Shown here: positions 27,001 through 38,758 of the stretch, in pieces
How the letters are laid out: each line of letters begins with the position of its first letter
Position numbering within the stretch: position 1 is the first letter of the stretch
Made by a program: the position numbers and the translations under genes
The notes under the pieces: model-generated
Database searches by the model: none
The model's input: only the letters and a program-made list of their open reading frames with translations
What the model was told of the DNA's origin: nothing
Assembly (NCBI GenBank): GCA_032718475.1
Contig: JAUCBJ010008061.1
Location: 1 to 64,000 of the forward strand
Source of the DNA: Nemertoderma westbladi
Lineage: Eukaryota; Animalia; Xenacoelomorpha
Direction: 5' to 3'
Length of the DNA stretch: 64,000 nucleotides

Positions 27001-29107
27001 GCTGCTTCTTACTTCACTATCTCTTACTTCGCTTCTACGCCCCTCTTGTGGGACATTCTCTGCCCCCCCCCCTCTCTCGCCACTAATCTCCCGTGGTGGG
27101 GCGCCCGTAGCCCCCCCCCCCCCCACTCGCCACTTCTTACTTCACTACCTCTTACTTCGCTTCTACGCCCCTCTTGTGGGGCATTCTCTGCCCCCCCTCT
27201 CTCGCCACTAATCTTCCGTTGTGGGGCGCCCGTAGCCCCCCCCCCCCCACTCGCCACTTCTTACTTCGCTACCTCTTACTTCGCTTCTATACCCCTCTCT
27301 AGTCGACGCACTGTCTCTACTGCGGCTGGGTCTACTCACCCCCGCCTCTCCCTGTGCAACTGCATGGCCTGGCAGGCTCCCGTTGGGTTGACTCACCCCC
27401 ACTACTCCCTGCCTAACTACGTGGCCTTGCAGGCTCCCGTCGGCGTCACTCACCCCTGCTACTCCCTGCCTAACTACGTGGCCTTGCAGGCTCCCCTCGG
27501 GGTCTCTCACCCCCGCTACTCCCTGCGTACTAACTACGTTGCCTTGCAGGCTCCCGTTGGCCGGACCACTTGTGTCTCCTACATTAGTATTAATAGCCCC
27601 ATTATCAATATTATTATTTTCTAAATTATTCAAATTATTTGAATTATTCTGTATATTTAAATTTAAATTATTATTCGAATTATTTTGAATATTCGAATTA
27701 GAATTATTATTTTGTATATTTAAATTAATATTATTATTTGGATTAAATAAATTTAAATTAGAATTACCGGATAAAACATTATTTCCTGCAACGAAAGTTT
27801 GGTTAGGGTTATCTACTACGGTACTATTAATATTAATTTCTTCTAACATATTATTATTCCCCCCCCCCCCCCCCCCGCCCGTATGGTTACACCAGTTCTG
27901 GTTCTGTCGTCCGGTGCCTGTAAGTGGGGTATTAACAAACGTTTCCACTACTTCTGGCTCCTCGTAAATACTACCCGAGCCAGCCTCACTCTCAGATTGT
28001 CCCAACTGCGCCAGTTCTAGTCGGCGCTTCTGCTTGGCCTGATATTGCATAAGCCCCCTTAGCCGGGCATACATATCATCCCGCATACGCTTTCCCACTC
28101 TCTCCTCTCTCTCTATCCTCTCGTAAACTTTGCTCGGCCAACTCTGCCTCTCTCGTCTCCCGCTCTCTACGCTCGTTCTCTACTCTCTCTGCCCTAGCTG
28201 CCTCTCTCACTTCTCGCTCTTTACTCTCGTTCTCTACTCTCATCTCTCGCTCTTTACGCTCGTTCTCTATTTTTGCCTCCCGTTCCTCGCGCTCCCTACA
28301 GTTTCTCACCACCCTCTCGGCCCTCGCTCTACATTCCCTGGCTAACTCTCTCTCTCTTTCTAATAATGCGGTTCCCTCATTCAACTGCCTCTCTAATTCT
28401 TTCTGTTCTAGCGCCGCAATGTCTAATTGACATGCCAGATCTATCTCTAACACCCTTCTTGCTTTTGCGGAGGATGTAGTGGACTTATCGGTCGCGACGG
28501 ACTCCCGTCGCCTCTCTGTCCTACTAACTTTACCCCGCTTTCCGGGGTTCTCGCTAACCGACGAGACCGAATCCTCGGAGTTAACCTCGGGTTCGCCCTC
28601 GTGCGGGTCTGCCCAACCCACTAACTTAATTCCCCTAGCATCCACTAAATACGGCCCTACGTACACAATTTGGGGCTCCATAATCCCGGATCGCCACAGT
28701 TCGAATAGTTCGGTGGCAACCCCCCTCGCTCTCTCACTCGCCAGTTCTCCCTGCCTGAAACGGACTAGATATCTGAAATGTTTATTCGACTCACCTAGCC
28801 GCTGGCTCAACTTCCCCTGGTTTACCTTCTCTCCCCCCTTGGCTTCCCTCAATTGTTTCTTGGTGGCATTGTAGGCCCGTCGAAGCCGATCGCTGGTCCC
28901 GACGTCCTCTTCGCCAACATCTCCTCCTCCTCCCCTGGTTCGGCGTCGTACCAGCGGCCCCACCGTTGCCGTTCCGGTGGGCCGTCCGTCGCCCTCGGCC
29001 TGTGGCTGGCCGGCGACTTCGGTACTTCGACCACCGTCGTGCGTCGACTCGTCCCTTCCTTGTGGTAGACGGCCGCCCTCCGCTTGGACTGCCGGATCGT
29101 CTCTCAT
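24082..29107 (-). pseudogene. gag-protease of element C in several frameshifted pieces
   Basis: IELPPVEPFKFDG capsid region, CQLH..H..C, LVDSGA protease. There is no YxDD RT; only the extreme integrase C-terminus remains (AVGECLCLLEEGAP in another frame near 24085-24135). Confidence 0.85.
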
Positions 29108-29500
29108 CGGCGAATCCGCGGCGAACTCGTTCGAACGACTTTACAAAACTCGGGAAAACAAATCTAATTGGCTGGAGTGGTTTCTCTACCAACAAATCAC
29201 TCGGGAAAACAAACGTAATTGGTTGGTTAGTGAATTTCCAAAATATATTAGTATACAAAGTATATATTAGTACAAAGTTAGTACATTGTTAGTACAAAGT
29301 ACAAAGCATATATATTAGTATAAAATATACTTCTTTGTTACTACAGGTTTAGGTTCATTTATGTTAAACTAATACTAAGGAGCAGTTGTTTCTGAAGGCC
29401 TACTGTATGTATCTGTACTGTAGGTAATCTCAGTATGAGTGTTGACGGCCTAATGTGTTGTGCGGTATATTTGTGGGGATCCTATTAGCATACCTCTGTT

Positions 29501-30349
29501 ATGTCCAGTAGTAATTCCTCAGTTACGTCTGAAATTTCTGATCTGGAGGACTTCCAAAAGGAAAGAAAGAAGCGACTGAATGCGTTAATTGAACGTGTCC
29601 GATCTCATAAGCGATACAAGAAGCCCAAGTCGCCTAAAACAAGAACCGTTAAAGCCCATCATAAAACTATAGACAATTATCAGGGGAATAGAAATGCGTG
29701 TCGTTCTACCCGTAACATAGAAATTGGATGGAAAGTTTGTCAGAATAACGATTTTATTCAAATTAGAACTTCTAAAGGTGGTGGGACTCGAAGTATCCGA
29801 TTTGATAAACAATCTACGATCCGTAATGTTTTGACCACTGGCATCGACCTATTTTATCCAAATGGCGAAAATTCATTCGGAAGGAGAGAAAACTTCGAAT
29901 ATCATTTAATGGACTGGGCCAATAATGTTTGCAGTGAAGAAGACTTAAATAAAACTGTAGCTGAATATTACACTCGAACTGGATTTAAAACTTTGAGGTT
30001 TTACGTAGGATCGCGTTACCAAGAACCTGTCACCAGTGCGACTGAACATACAGCAGGAATGAGTAGTCAAGATCGCAACCCCACAACAACCCATGATAAT
30101 GATGCAAATCGTGGGATCCTTGGTGTAAATGAATCTGTTGCTGTTACACCAACACCGGAAGATTGGGCTGAACCAATTCCATTAACGATCAACAACCAAA
30201 GTGATATTGAAGAAGTTTATAGATCGACAGCAACTGCTGGTAGTAGTTCATACGATTTCCGTCCACGCGATACTGTGCGGGCTCCACATCGTTTTGAATT
30301 TGATGAAAGGGGGGTAAACTTTAAGCCGTCGGCCGACTGCATTAGCTGA
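29501..30349 (+). CDS. Probable N-terminal part/exon of the element's HECT gene
   Basis: 282-aa ORF with IEIGW..QIRTSKGGGTR..LFYPNGENSFG, a motif I recall from proteins upstream of TE-borne HECT domains. Splicing to 30778 is an inference. Confidence 0.5.
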   Translation: MSSSNSSVTSEISDLEDFQKERKKRLNALIERVRSHKRYKKPKSPKTRTVKAHHKTIDNYQGNRNACRSTRNIEIGWKVCQNNDFIQIRTSKGGGTRSIRFDKQSTIRNVLTTGIDLFYPNGENSFGRRENFEYHLMDWANNVCSEEDLNKTVAEYYTRTGFKTLRFYVGSRYQEPVTSATEHTAGMSSQDRNPTTTHDNDANRGILGVNESVAVTPTPEDWAEPIPLTINNQSDIEEVYRSTATAGSSSYDFRPRDTVRAPHRFEFDERGVNFKPSADCIS

Positions 30350-30777
30350 CACCATGTCAGCCGACAGCTATTCCGGATTTCCGAAACAAACACCCCCCCC
30401 CCCCACCCCACCCCCACCGAGTTACTTACGCTAGGGTCAGTAATAATATATTTTATTACTGACACGAGGGTAAATAATGAGGAAAATAACTCAAAATGCG
30501 GGTAATGCGGGAGGGGGGGGGGGGGGGGGGGAGATAAAAATGGGGCTTGGTATTTTTGGGGGAATTTGGAGTCCTCCCATTAAACTGAATTAATTAAACC
30601 TATAGCACATGGTACCATGTTGCAGGGTTTGAGTGTGGGAGAGGATATCTTATCTTTTAGTTATTTATTTATCTTCTTATTTTTATTATTTTTTGAAAAC
30701 AATAATTTACCGGATTTACAGTTATAAAGTTAAAAATTATCAAAATAGACGGCTGTCGGCTTAATGTTTACACCCTA

Positions 30778-31866
30778 TTGTATGAAAGCATTGAACCAAT
30801 AATTGACAATGATAGTGATACAGACGCCCAAATCGCTTATGACCCTAATGAGTTTTTACTTAAACAAGAAAACCTGACAATCAACCGCACTACTATTTTT
30901 AAAGATATGATCGAGTTTTTTAAGCACGAGGGAATTATAGATGTGCCCTTGATGGTAAAGTTCGTAGATGAGATTGGGGCTGACTATGAAGGAATCTCGA
31001 GAGACGCTTATACTGGATTCTGGGAGGAGTTTTTTGACCAAGTGGCTGACGGTGAAAATTACAGAGTACCTGCACTTTGCCCAGAATTTCAGCAGGAAGA
31101 ATGGAAAAGTGTTGGTCGAATATTAGTTAAAGGCTTTAAAGATTGTGGCTTTTTCCCTTTAATGTTGGCACCAGCATTTGTAATTGCTACTATTCACGGT
31201 GAAGATGCTGTAACTAATGAAATACTTTTAGATTCATTCTGCTCATATCTGTCACCTTCTGATAATGATGTAATACAACAAGCCCTTAATTCCACATTAA
31301 ATGATGATGAACAGGATGAATTATCCGATATTTTAGAACGTTTTGGATACCATTCAGTGATACCTAGTCAAGAAAACATGAAATCAGTAATTATTCAGTC
31401 TGCACACAAGCAACTTATTCAACAGAGTAGTTACGCGTCTGAGATGATTTCTACTGTAGCTCGGAGCTTCTTTATCAATGAATTACCCCTTGTAGAATCT
31501 ATAAATTCGCTATATGAATCAAAGAAAGCAACAATTCACTCAGTCCTAGGGCTATTTTCAACTACTATACCATCTACTGAATGTGAGAGCCGATGTTTTA
31601 AATTTTTTCAACAATTTATACGGGCTCAGGATGGTAAAGGTTTAAGAGCCTTACTGAGATTTATGACCGGCTCCGACATTGTTAGTGTTAAAGTGATTTC
31701 TATAGAATTCGTGAAATTAGATGGGGCTGCCAGGCGACCAATAGCGCGTACTTGTGGCCCCGTACTTGTGTTGCCAACGACATATCGATATTACCGCCAG
31801 TTGAGGCAGGAGTTTGAATGCATACTTAAAAACTCACAGGAAACTTTTAAGTTCAATATTATTTAG
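30778..31866 (+). CDS. HECT-type E3 ubiquitin ligase domain (G2E3-like, TE-borne)
   Basis: VKFVDEIGADYEGISRDAY N-lobe start, LLRFMTGS, and RPIARTCGPVLVLPTTY retaining the catalytic Cys of the (A)HTC motif. Confidence 0.85.
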   Translation: MYESIEPIIDNDSDTDAQIAYDPNEFLLKQENLTINRTTIFKDMIEFFKHEGIIDVPLMVKFVDEIGADYEGISRDAYTGFWEEFFDQVADGENYRVPALCPEFQQEEWKSVGRILVKGFKDCGFFPLMLAPAFVIATIHGEDAVTNEILLDSFCSYLSPSDNDVIQQALNSTLNDDEQDELSDILERFGYHSVIPSQENMKSVIIQSAHKQLIQQSSYASEMISTVARSFFINELPLVESINSLYESKKATIHSVLGLFSTTIPSTECESRCFKFFQQFIRAQDGKGLRALLRFMTGSDIVSVKVISIEFVKLDGAARRPIARTCGPVLVLPTTYRYYRQLRQEFECILKNSQETFKFNII

Positions 31867-31939
31867 AATTTGTGATTTATGTACACCTACTGTATATGTA
31901 CGTAGGTATTTCCAGCAGTTTGTGGGTGTTTATAGTACC

Positions 31940-32050
31940 GGTAGTTTATAGAAGTTTACAGTAGTTTATAGATGTTTACAGTAGTTTATAGAAGTTTACA
32001 GTAGTTTATATATGTTTACAGTAGTTTATAGATGTTTACAGTAGTTTATT
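31940..32050. repeat. 20-bp tandem repeat between convergent genes
   Basis: About 5.5 copies of GTAGTTTATAGA(A/T)GTTTACA. Confidence 0.9.
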
Positions 32051-32247
32051 CATGGTTGCAATGTTTGTTTTGTCTAGTAAAGATTAAAAAAGTCGTTATC
32101 TGTGAAACACTTACTTACCTTCTTTAATAAATTTGACTTGGAATATTAATTAAGAACAATTATTACAATTAATAATTGTTAATTAATAACAAAGGAGTAG
32201 CCCCCCCCCCCCCCTTAAAATTCCTATACATAGTAAAAATTCGAAAA

Positions 32248-33508
32248 TCATTCAAGACCCAAATCTTCCAATTGTTCTAGAATTACTGTGAAAGTTGTAA
32301 TTGCAGATTCATATGATTGGGGTGCGGCTGGAACATTTCCCAAGAATGCAAGTTCTAGGAGCTCAATAAAGTCGGGATTACAGTCGGGTGTTACATTACC
32401 AACGATTCTATGCGATATGAATTCCAGTTCCGAATGAGATATAGATAATTCTACAGAACAGTCCTTTTTACCATACTTCAGGACAAGCATAAAGCACATC
32501 GGGGATTCCTCCAATCCAATCAATCTTGCGGTTACGTCGCATTCTGTGTGTGTTCCATGTCTGCATAAAAAAGTTTAGCTGTGTTTGTATTAGTTCAAAA
32601 AAACAATATCTTGCTGTTTGAATGTGGATAGGATTGGTTGTATTATAAAACCCACTATTAACCATACTTCGGAATAGGTCTATCAGAAACTGAACCACAT
32701 TAGATCGCAAATCGCGCCAGAATCGCTCAATTCTAGTATTGTATACGGAACTTCCTGTTATTATAGAATTATTTCGCCTTGAATCGTTACAACTCGACCG
32801 CAGTTCTTTGTGGAGGCGTTTAATAATAACATTTTCGGTTCCGGCATCAACTCTAATTAAGTAAGGGAGCCGGCCGCATTCTTTAAGAAAATTAAAATAA
32901 GCACCAACAACAATTTTAGGATCGTTGTTACTCGGCAAGACATTTAACCAGAGTACTCTCCTTGAGAACCCGTCTATTGCCCCATGAATTGGAAAGCCGT
33001 AGGGCTTTAACTTATCATATCCATCAATATGAACCGTGTGATTAGAACCTTTAGAATGGTATCGCGTACGTCGATGAAGTGTTTTTCGTAAGCGAGATTT
33101 TACGCCTTCAGGATCTACATATTTCAAAATAAGTCTAACAGTTTCCTTAGAGGCATTAATAAACGATCTGGACCATAATCTTTTACAAATTGATCGGTAT
33201 CCACAATTTATACCACCGTACTCAAAAATTTCCACCAATATTCCGGATAATATTTCCTCAAACGAAGTATCGTAATCTCTACTGTGGAGATTCATATTGG
33301 CTTTATATCTTCGTACTGATCTTTCGGATAGAGCAATATTATGAACCGAGTTTAACATAGAGGCTGTCTCCTTAGCGGTGAATTGGAAATAGAAATAGAC
33401 AGTTATCAAATCATTTACAGAAAATCTGTTACAGCCTTCAGAAAATGTAAAAGGAAGATAATTATTTTGAGACATTTTAAGTAATATTCTAATAATGAGA
33501 CAATTCAA
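32248..33508 (-). CDS. IS3/IS481-like DDE integrase-transposase with a frameshift near the C-terminus
   Basis: HTH-like N-terminus and triad HIDGYDK / RVDAGTEN / RIERFW. The frame shifts near 32478 (GIPDVLYACPE to KYGKKDC in ORF 32248-32523). Confidence 0.88.
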
Positions 33509-35311
33509 ATGCAGAATATGTTCAACTCAAAACTGTAATCGGCCTGGCTACCACATCGAATCTTTTTTAAATTGCCCACATTAATATTAATTCACAGGTA
33601 CTGTTTACCGATTCGATAAAAAAAGGTGATCAAGGATACTGCAGCTTCAGTCTGATTGGCTTATTTATAGAAACAAACTTGATTTGATGTTTGTTGGTAG
33701 AGAAACCACTCCAGCCAATTAGATTTGTTTCCCTGAGTTTTGTAAAGTCGTTCGAACGAGTTTGCAAAAGTCGGGAGAACAAAAAAAAAGATTACAAAAA
33801 ACAAACTTGTTTTCCCGAGTTTTGTAAAGTCGTTCGAACGAGTTTACAAAAGTCGGGTGAACAAAAAAAAAAGATTACAAAAAACAAACTTTTGTTTTCC
33901 TGAGTTTTGTAAAGTCGTTCGAACGAGTTTGCAAAAGTCGGGGAAACAAACTTGATTGGATGTTTGTTGGTATAGAAACCACTCCAGCCAATTAGATTTG
34001 TTTTCAGGAGTTTTGTATAGTCGTACGAACGAGTTTACAAAAGTCGGGTGAACAAAAAAAAAGATTACAAAAAACAAACTTTTGGCCGCTCAGGGCCACC
34101 ATACAATAACTTTCCACAACCTGAATTACACAACTTGAATTTTATTATCAGTTTCATTTTCAGCACGGAAAAAGCTATCGAACGACATAAGATACTTGCC
34201 TATTATATCAACTTGAAATTTTGCAAAAGTTGCGCTTTTTGCAGCTTATAAGTGACAGTGACCATATTATAGATGGTCAATTTTGGTGTTTGGGGAATTT
34301 TTCTGTGAAGCACAAACAATTTTATTTTACTTTTTTTCCCGGCAAAAAAGTAAAATAAAATATTTTTGGTGGAATTTCTTAAATTTTATTGCGATGTGTT
34401 GAAAGATCATCGAAATAGAAAAGTTTTGCTAGTAATCTGAGCAAAATCCATTCACTCACTCAAAAGTTATTACAACTTTAGTGTCTGCAAGGCGAACTCC
34501 AAAGCGTAACTCAATATCCAATATTAGTTTATGTTGTTAAGCGGCTCTCTAGTCTCTAGTCTCTCTAGTTACGTAACAAATATTCGATAACACTAAATTA
34601 TTTAATATTGAGTAAGGCGACATCAGGAGTTGAAGAGTACAATAATTTGAATCGCTGTAACTATGGAAGCAATATACTGTAGTAAAATACTACAGTTCAA
34701 TTTATTTTGTAACACTACTGTATATCGCTCTATGTTTTAGAATTGAGCAAAAAAAGTACCAATTTAAGAATAAAATTACGTATTACATGGGAAAAAAACG
34801 TAGAACATTTTTTTTCAATATTCTCTCGACCCTTTATTAACGTCGCTGGCGCTCGGTAAATAAAATGCCTCGATAATAATGAAAATAAAGTTATACTTTT
34901 TTGTGTATGTAATAAATAATTATTTTTCTATGGTTCGAGGGATAATTTTTTGTGATGACATTGTTTATATTATGGAGATATTTTTTTATGAAATTTTTAT
35001 CAATTTTGCTGACTTTAATAGCTTAAACGAAACTACCAGCGAGATCAGTGTGGGTGATTACACTAACTATTATTATCATCGCATGATAATTCCAAGTTTG
35101 AAACTTGTAGATATTTACATTTTGGTATCTCTTTTGCATCGTAAATAAGTTCCTCAAAATAAAGCGCATATCTCGAGATATGGGAATATTCATTAAATCA
35201 ATCAATATATCTATGAATAAGATTGCAATATGTGACAATATTAATATCCAATTAATAATAATAAGTTAATTGTTGTGGGGTGAGTGACGGTGAATTAAGT
35301 ATAATGTATTA

Positions 35312-35512
35312 TTAGGACAATATGATAATGCTCTCTCTCCATAGCTAAAAATATCAACCGACCCTATTGTTGCCCTAATTAAGATTTCCCACTCCATATC
35401 GAATTATTCACCCGTACTGGTGGCTCAGTGGTCTCGACAGGGTCGGTTGGGTCTTGCCCCAATAGGGTCAATGATATTTTTCACTATGGAGAGCAATATC
35501 ATATTGTCCTAA
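35312..35512. repeat. Foldback / MITE-like inverted repeat
   Basis: TTAGGACAATATGATA..CTCTCCATAG..AAAAATATCA..GACCCTATTG is inverted at 35460-35512. Confidence 0.65.
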
Positions 35513-35633
35513 CCCCCGTTGACGCGCTTTCTCATTTTTCCATTTCTGAACAATTTATTTCAATACAATTCAACATTACTGTATATACTTAATACCCAAT
35601 TAAAACTCCTATAAAAATAGTAATTAATTAAAC

Positions 35634-36560
35634 ATGGCCGCTTTCAGCCACAGAAGGGAACTTAGTGACTTTATCTCCGACCGATATTTTCAGGGAAACA
35701 GGAGGTTTTAATTCGCCATAGTTTATCTTTCCAACTGATTCCATCGAGGAAATAAAATAACCTCTAGAATGTATTCCCGATGTTAATCTATCTGATACAG
35801 CGCTTGACCTGTTAGAGGACGTTGATGAAGTCATCTCCGGTTGACACTCGATTACTGTTTGTCCATCTGTACTGAGTGCCGAGGAATTGGTTAACGATAA
35901 ACTCGCTAACAGTTTGGGACGCGTTAGTTCCGAAGCGGAAAGGACTTCTAGTGTGGGAAGTCCGACCTCAGTTGTTGAGGGAGAAGAAATATCTGATGAA
36001 ATGGCTAAAGTGGTGTCGGATTCTTCTACAGTTAAGTCGGTTTTAATGTCATCGTAACTTCTAAATCGACGGCTCCTATCGAACCCCGAGGTGTTCTACG
36101 ACTCAGAAAGGAACTCGATTACACCAACCGCAACTGTCCAATAAAATCCTTCAACAACTTTATATTCTGCGACCTTTGCGACGAGGAATTCAATGATTTA
36201 CAGTGTCCGGTACACGGGGAGTTTAACTTCATACCGAATACAGAAAGAAAACCACCCTTGGTGGAAGAAGCCGGGGCAGCAGAACAATTCCATCGTGTTT
36301 AGGGTTATAGAAATCTCAGATTCATAGTAAAGGAGTGTTTACCAAGGTCGACTTCCTCATGACGGAGAGAGGAAACCAGGTAAACCTAAACCTGGGAAGT
36401 CTGATGGTTACAGCTGGGAGTTGGATGATGAGGGTAAATTCTTTTATATCAGTGGGAGATGGGAGTTCAACTCGAATTGGATGCGCCAGGTGGAACCCAC
36501 AAACGGTTTGTTCCTCTTCCCATTTGGCGCAGTTTACCACTAAACTACGACAAATGGGAA
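35634..36560 (+). pseudogene. Degraded, apparently intronless PRDM7/9-like gene (zinc knuckle + PR/SET domain)
   Basis: Manual translation across frameshifts: FCDLCDEEFNDLQCPVHGEFNFIPN / SRTIPSCLGL*KSQIHSKGVFTKVDF / DGYSWELDDEGKFFYISGRWEFNSNWMRQV. Confidence 0.7.
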
Positions 36561-37878
36561 GAGGATCTAACAATTTGTGGGTTCCAGTTGGGAGAGGATA
36601 TATATCAGTAGTATAAGAAGCTATGACATCCGCACAAGGTCACCCATAGCCCATCATTACCATCCATTTCTAGTACTGCATCCAATCAGAAGCCACCATT
36701 TCAACCTTTACCAGTGGTCATTATTATTTCAACCAATCAGATGCCAGCATTTCATTCGTAACCATGGTAACTTCTCAAGTTCCCGCTTATTCCGCTAGAG
36801 GCGTTATTAGTCACCCAACGCTAGTACTGCATCCAATCACCAACCTTTATTTTACAGGTGTTCGGGTGTCTACACTTAGCATCAGGTAACGTCTACTATT
36901 TTTCAAATCGCTATTTTTCAGCAACCAGTATTTTCATATTCACCAACCTTTATTTTACAGGCGCTACGAGTGTCTACAGGTAACGTCTACTATTTTTCAT
37001 TTCGTAATTTTTCACCAGTAACTAAATTTTAATTTCGCAATTTTTCAGATAACAAAATATTCAACTGGGTTCGAACTCGGGACCGTTATAACTCCTCACA
37101 ACTCACCATTCACTCTTCTATCCAACCTCGAGAGAAAAAGGCGATAAATATCCAAGTTATAACAAAATATTCAATCGATGATTGATATGATATGATATTG
37201 CACTGTACAGTACGTAGCCTAACCTAACCATCCAATCGTATACCTACCGTAGCTATGATGGTTACTCTTCCTTTCACTTTTTTTCTCTCCCTCTCTCTCT
37301 TTAGTGTTGTTTATTATTGATTGATTGTTGTCATCTCAATGATTTCCTATCCACCCTCCCACCCAGTACTTGTCCACGTTGCTGTACCATTGTGTTTTGC
37401 CACATTTCTCAACTCACTCTTCCATCCAACCACGAGAGAAAAAGGCAATAAATATCTGAGTTATACCATAGTCATTGAATTCTTCATCTTCATCACTGGT
37501 AGCAGATGTTTATAAATAGCATCTAGTCCCTTAACATAATTACTATAGCATAGAATACATTAATTCGACTATTAATAATAATCAATTTCTTTTATCGTTG
37601 TATATATGTGACTGGTCGGTCAACTAAGTTGAATATAAGTTAGAATGATAGGACTAGCATTGTTCACGTTGCATCTGTTACTCGTTACTGCTATTTCACT
37701 CTCTAACTCACGCTAATAAAATAATTTTAGCTGTACACGTTGCATCTGTTACACGAAACTACTATATTATTCACTGTAAGTCAATCTGTTGTAATAAAGC
37801 AACCATATAAACCGAAGTTTTACATTCTAATAATCATTTATTTAGTTTTTATTTTTCAAAATAGTTTTCATTCTAATT

Positions 37879-38742
37879 ATGGATTTATTTAAAAAAAGTT
37901 CAAACAATACTTGGAAATTTACATGTAATAAATATACCTCTAGTATTGTTTATGGCAAGTACTTTATATTACACTCAAACGATAGCAATGTAACAACATG
38001 CTTCTCTTACCGGGATACACTCTACATTCTAGACACCTTAGAAATATTAATCAACCGACAAAAGGAATCATCAGTTTCAAGAGGTAATATTTATCCTAAT
38101 ATAGAATTTGCAAGAGGAAATTTAAATATTTCCACCTGTGTTATTACTGAAAACGTATATATTCAGAAGCGAGGCAAATGTCAAATTCTAAACAAATCAC
38201 TCATTAATTTATTGCTTCAGAGTAAGACAGAAATATTAGAATTGTTATCACCACCACTCGAAATAATAAGTCAGTGTTCTGTTGTTAATTTAACCAACCC
38301 ATCTTTTGTTGGTTTTGTAAGCAAATATAAAGGAACGGCTTATATGGGACTATGGGAGATTTCAGCTAGATATTCTGATGCTATTGGTCTTAGGTATTAT
38401 AACTTAACAACATCGGAAGTAAATTCATTGTGGTATGAATGGGATTATGAAATTAGTAACGAAGGTGTCTTTTCAGAGCTAGATACGAGCGATAAAGCTT
38501 TATCTAACCGACTTAAAGTAAAAATAAATGTACAAGAAAAAAAAGTAATTATTACAGACAAGGAAAGCAAATATTTACAGTTACATTACGATAAAGACAT
38601 ACCACATATAGAGTTTCTCAACGATATGATGGAAAAGGTTTCATCAACTGATATAGCAGACGGTTTCGCGATTCTATATCAACCAACTTGGAAGTTTAAG
38701 GTTAATAAGTCATTTCCAGAAGCAGTTTCATCCACATTTTAA
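37879..38742 (+). CDS. Unknown Maverick ORF, possibly 3'-truncated by the deletion that removed the pPolB 5' part
   Basis: 287-aa ORF in AT-rich DNA with no recognisable motif. It ends in a TCCACAT micro-repeat junction. Confidence 0.55.
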   Translation: MDLFKKSSNNTWKFTCNKYTSSIVYGKYFILHSNDSNVTTCFSYRDTLYILDTLEILINRQKESSVSRGNIYPNIEFARGNLNISTCVITENVYIQKRGKCQILNKSLINLLLQSKTEILELLSPPLEIISQCSVVNLTNPSFVGFVSKYKGTAYMGLWEISARYSDAIGLRYYNLTTSEVNSLWYEWDYEISNEGVFSELDTSDKALSNRLKVKINVQEKKVIITDKESKYLQLHYDKDIPHIEFLNDMMEKVSSTDIADGFAILYQPTWKFKVNKSFPEAVSSTF

Positions 38743-38758
38743 TCCACATCCACATTAA

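Larger units (their letters stand above)
15449..29120 (-). mobile_element. Non-autonomous Bel/Pao element C (gag-PR, 5' end deleted; 3' LTR = 15449-15719 + 22521-22837, split by element A)
   Basis: The LTR end TGTGACGGGATC at 15449 and the start/PPT at 22837-22845 rejoin once element A is removed. ORFs 24082-29107 are homologous to element B gag-PR. Confidence 0.85.
29124..34103. mobile_element. IS3EU-like DDE transposon with convergent HECT and integrase genes (left tip deleted)
   Basis: Right end ...GGGCCACCATA (CCRTA). Subterminal repeats GTCGTTCGAACGAG at 33690-34080 are inverted relative to 29124-29215. Encodes a DDE integrase. Confidence 0.75.

Noticed and set aside
34540-37870. Left Maverick TIR
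   Set aside because: No clear terminal (AGT)n/(AG)n motif or TSD, and the partner end lies outside the window, so the boundary cannot be placed.
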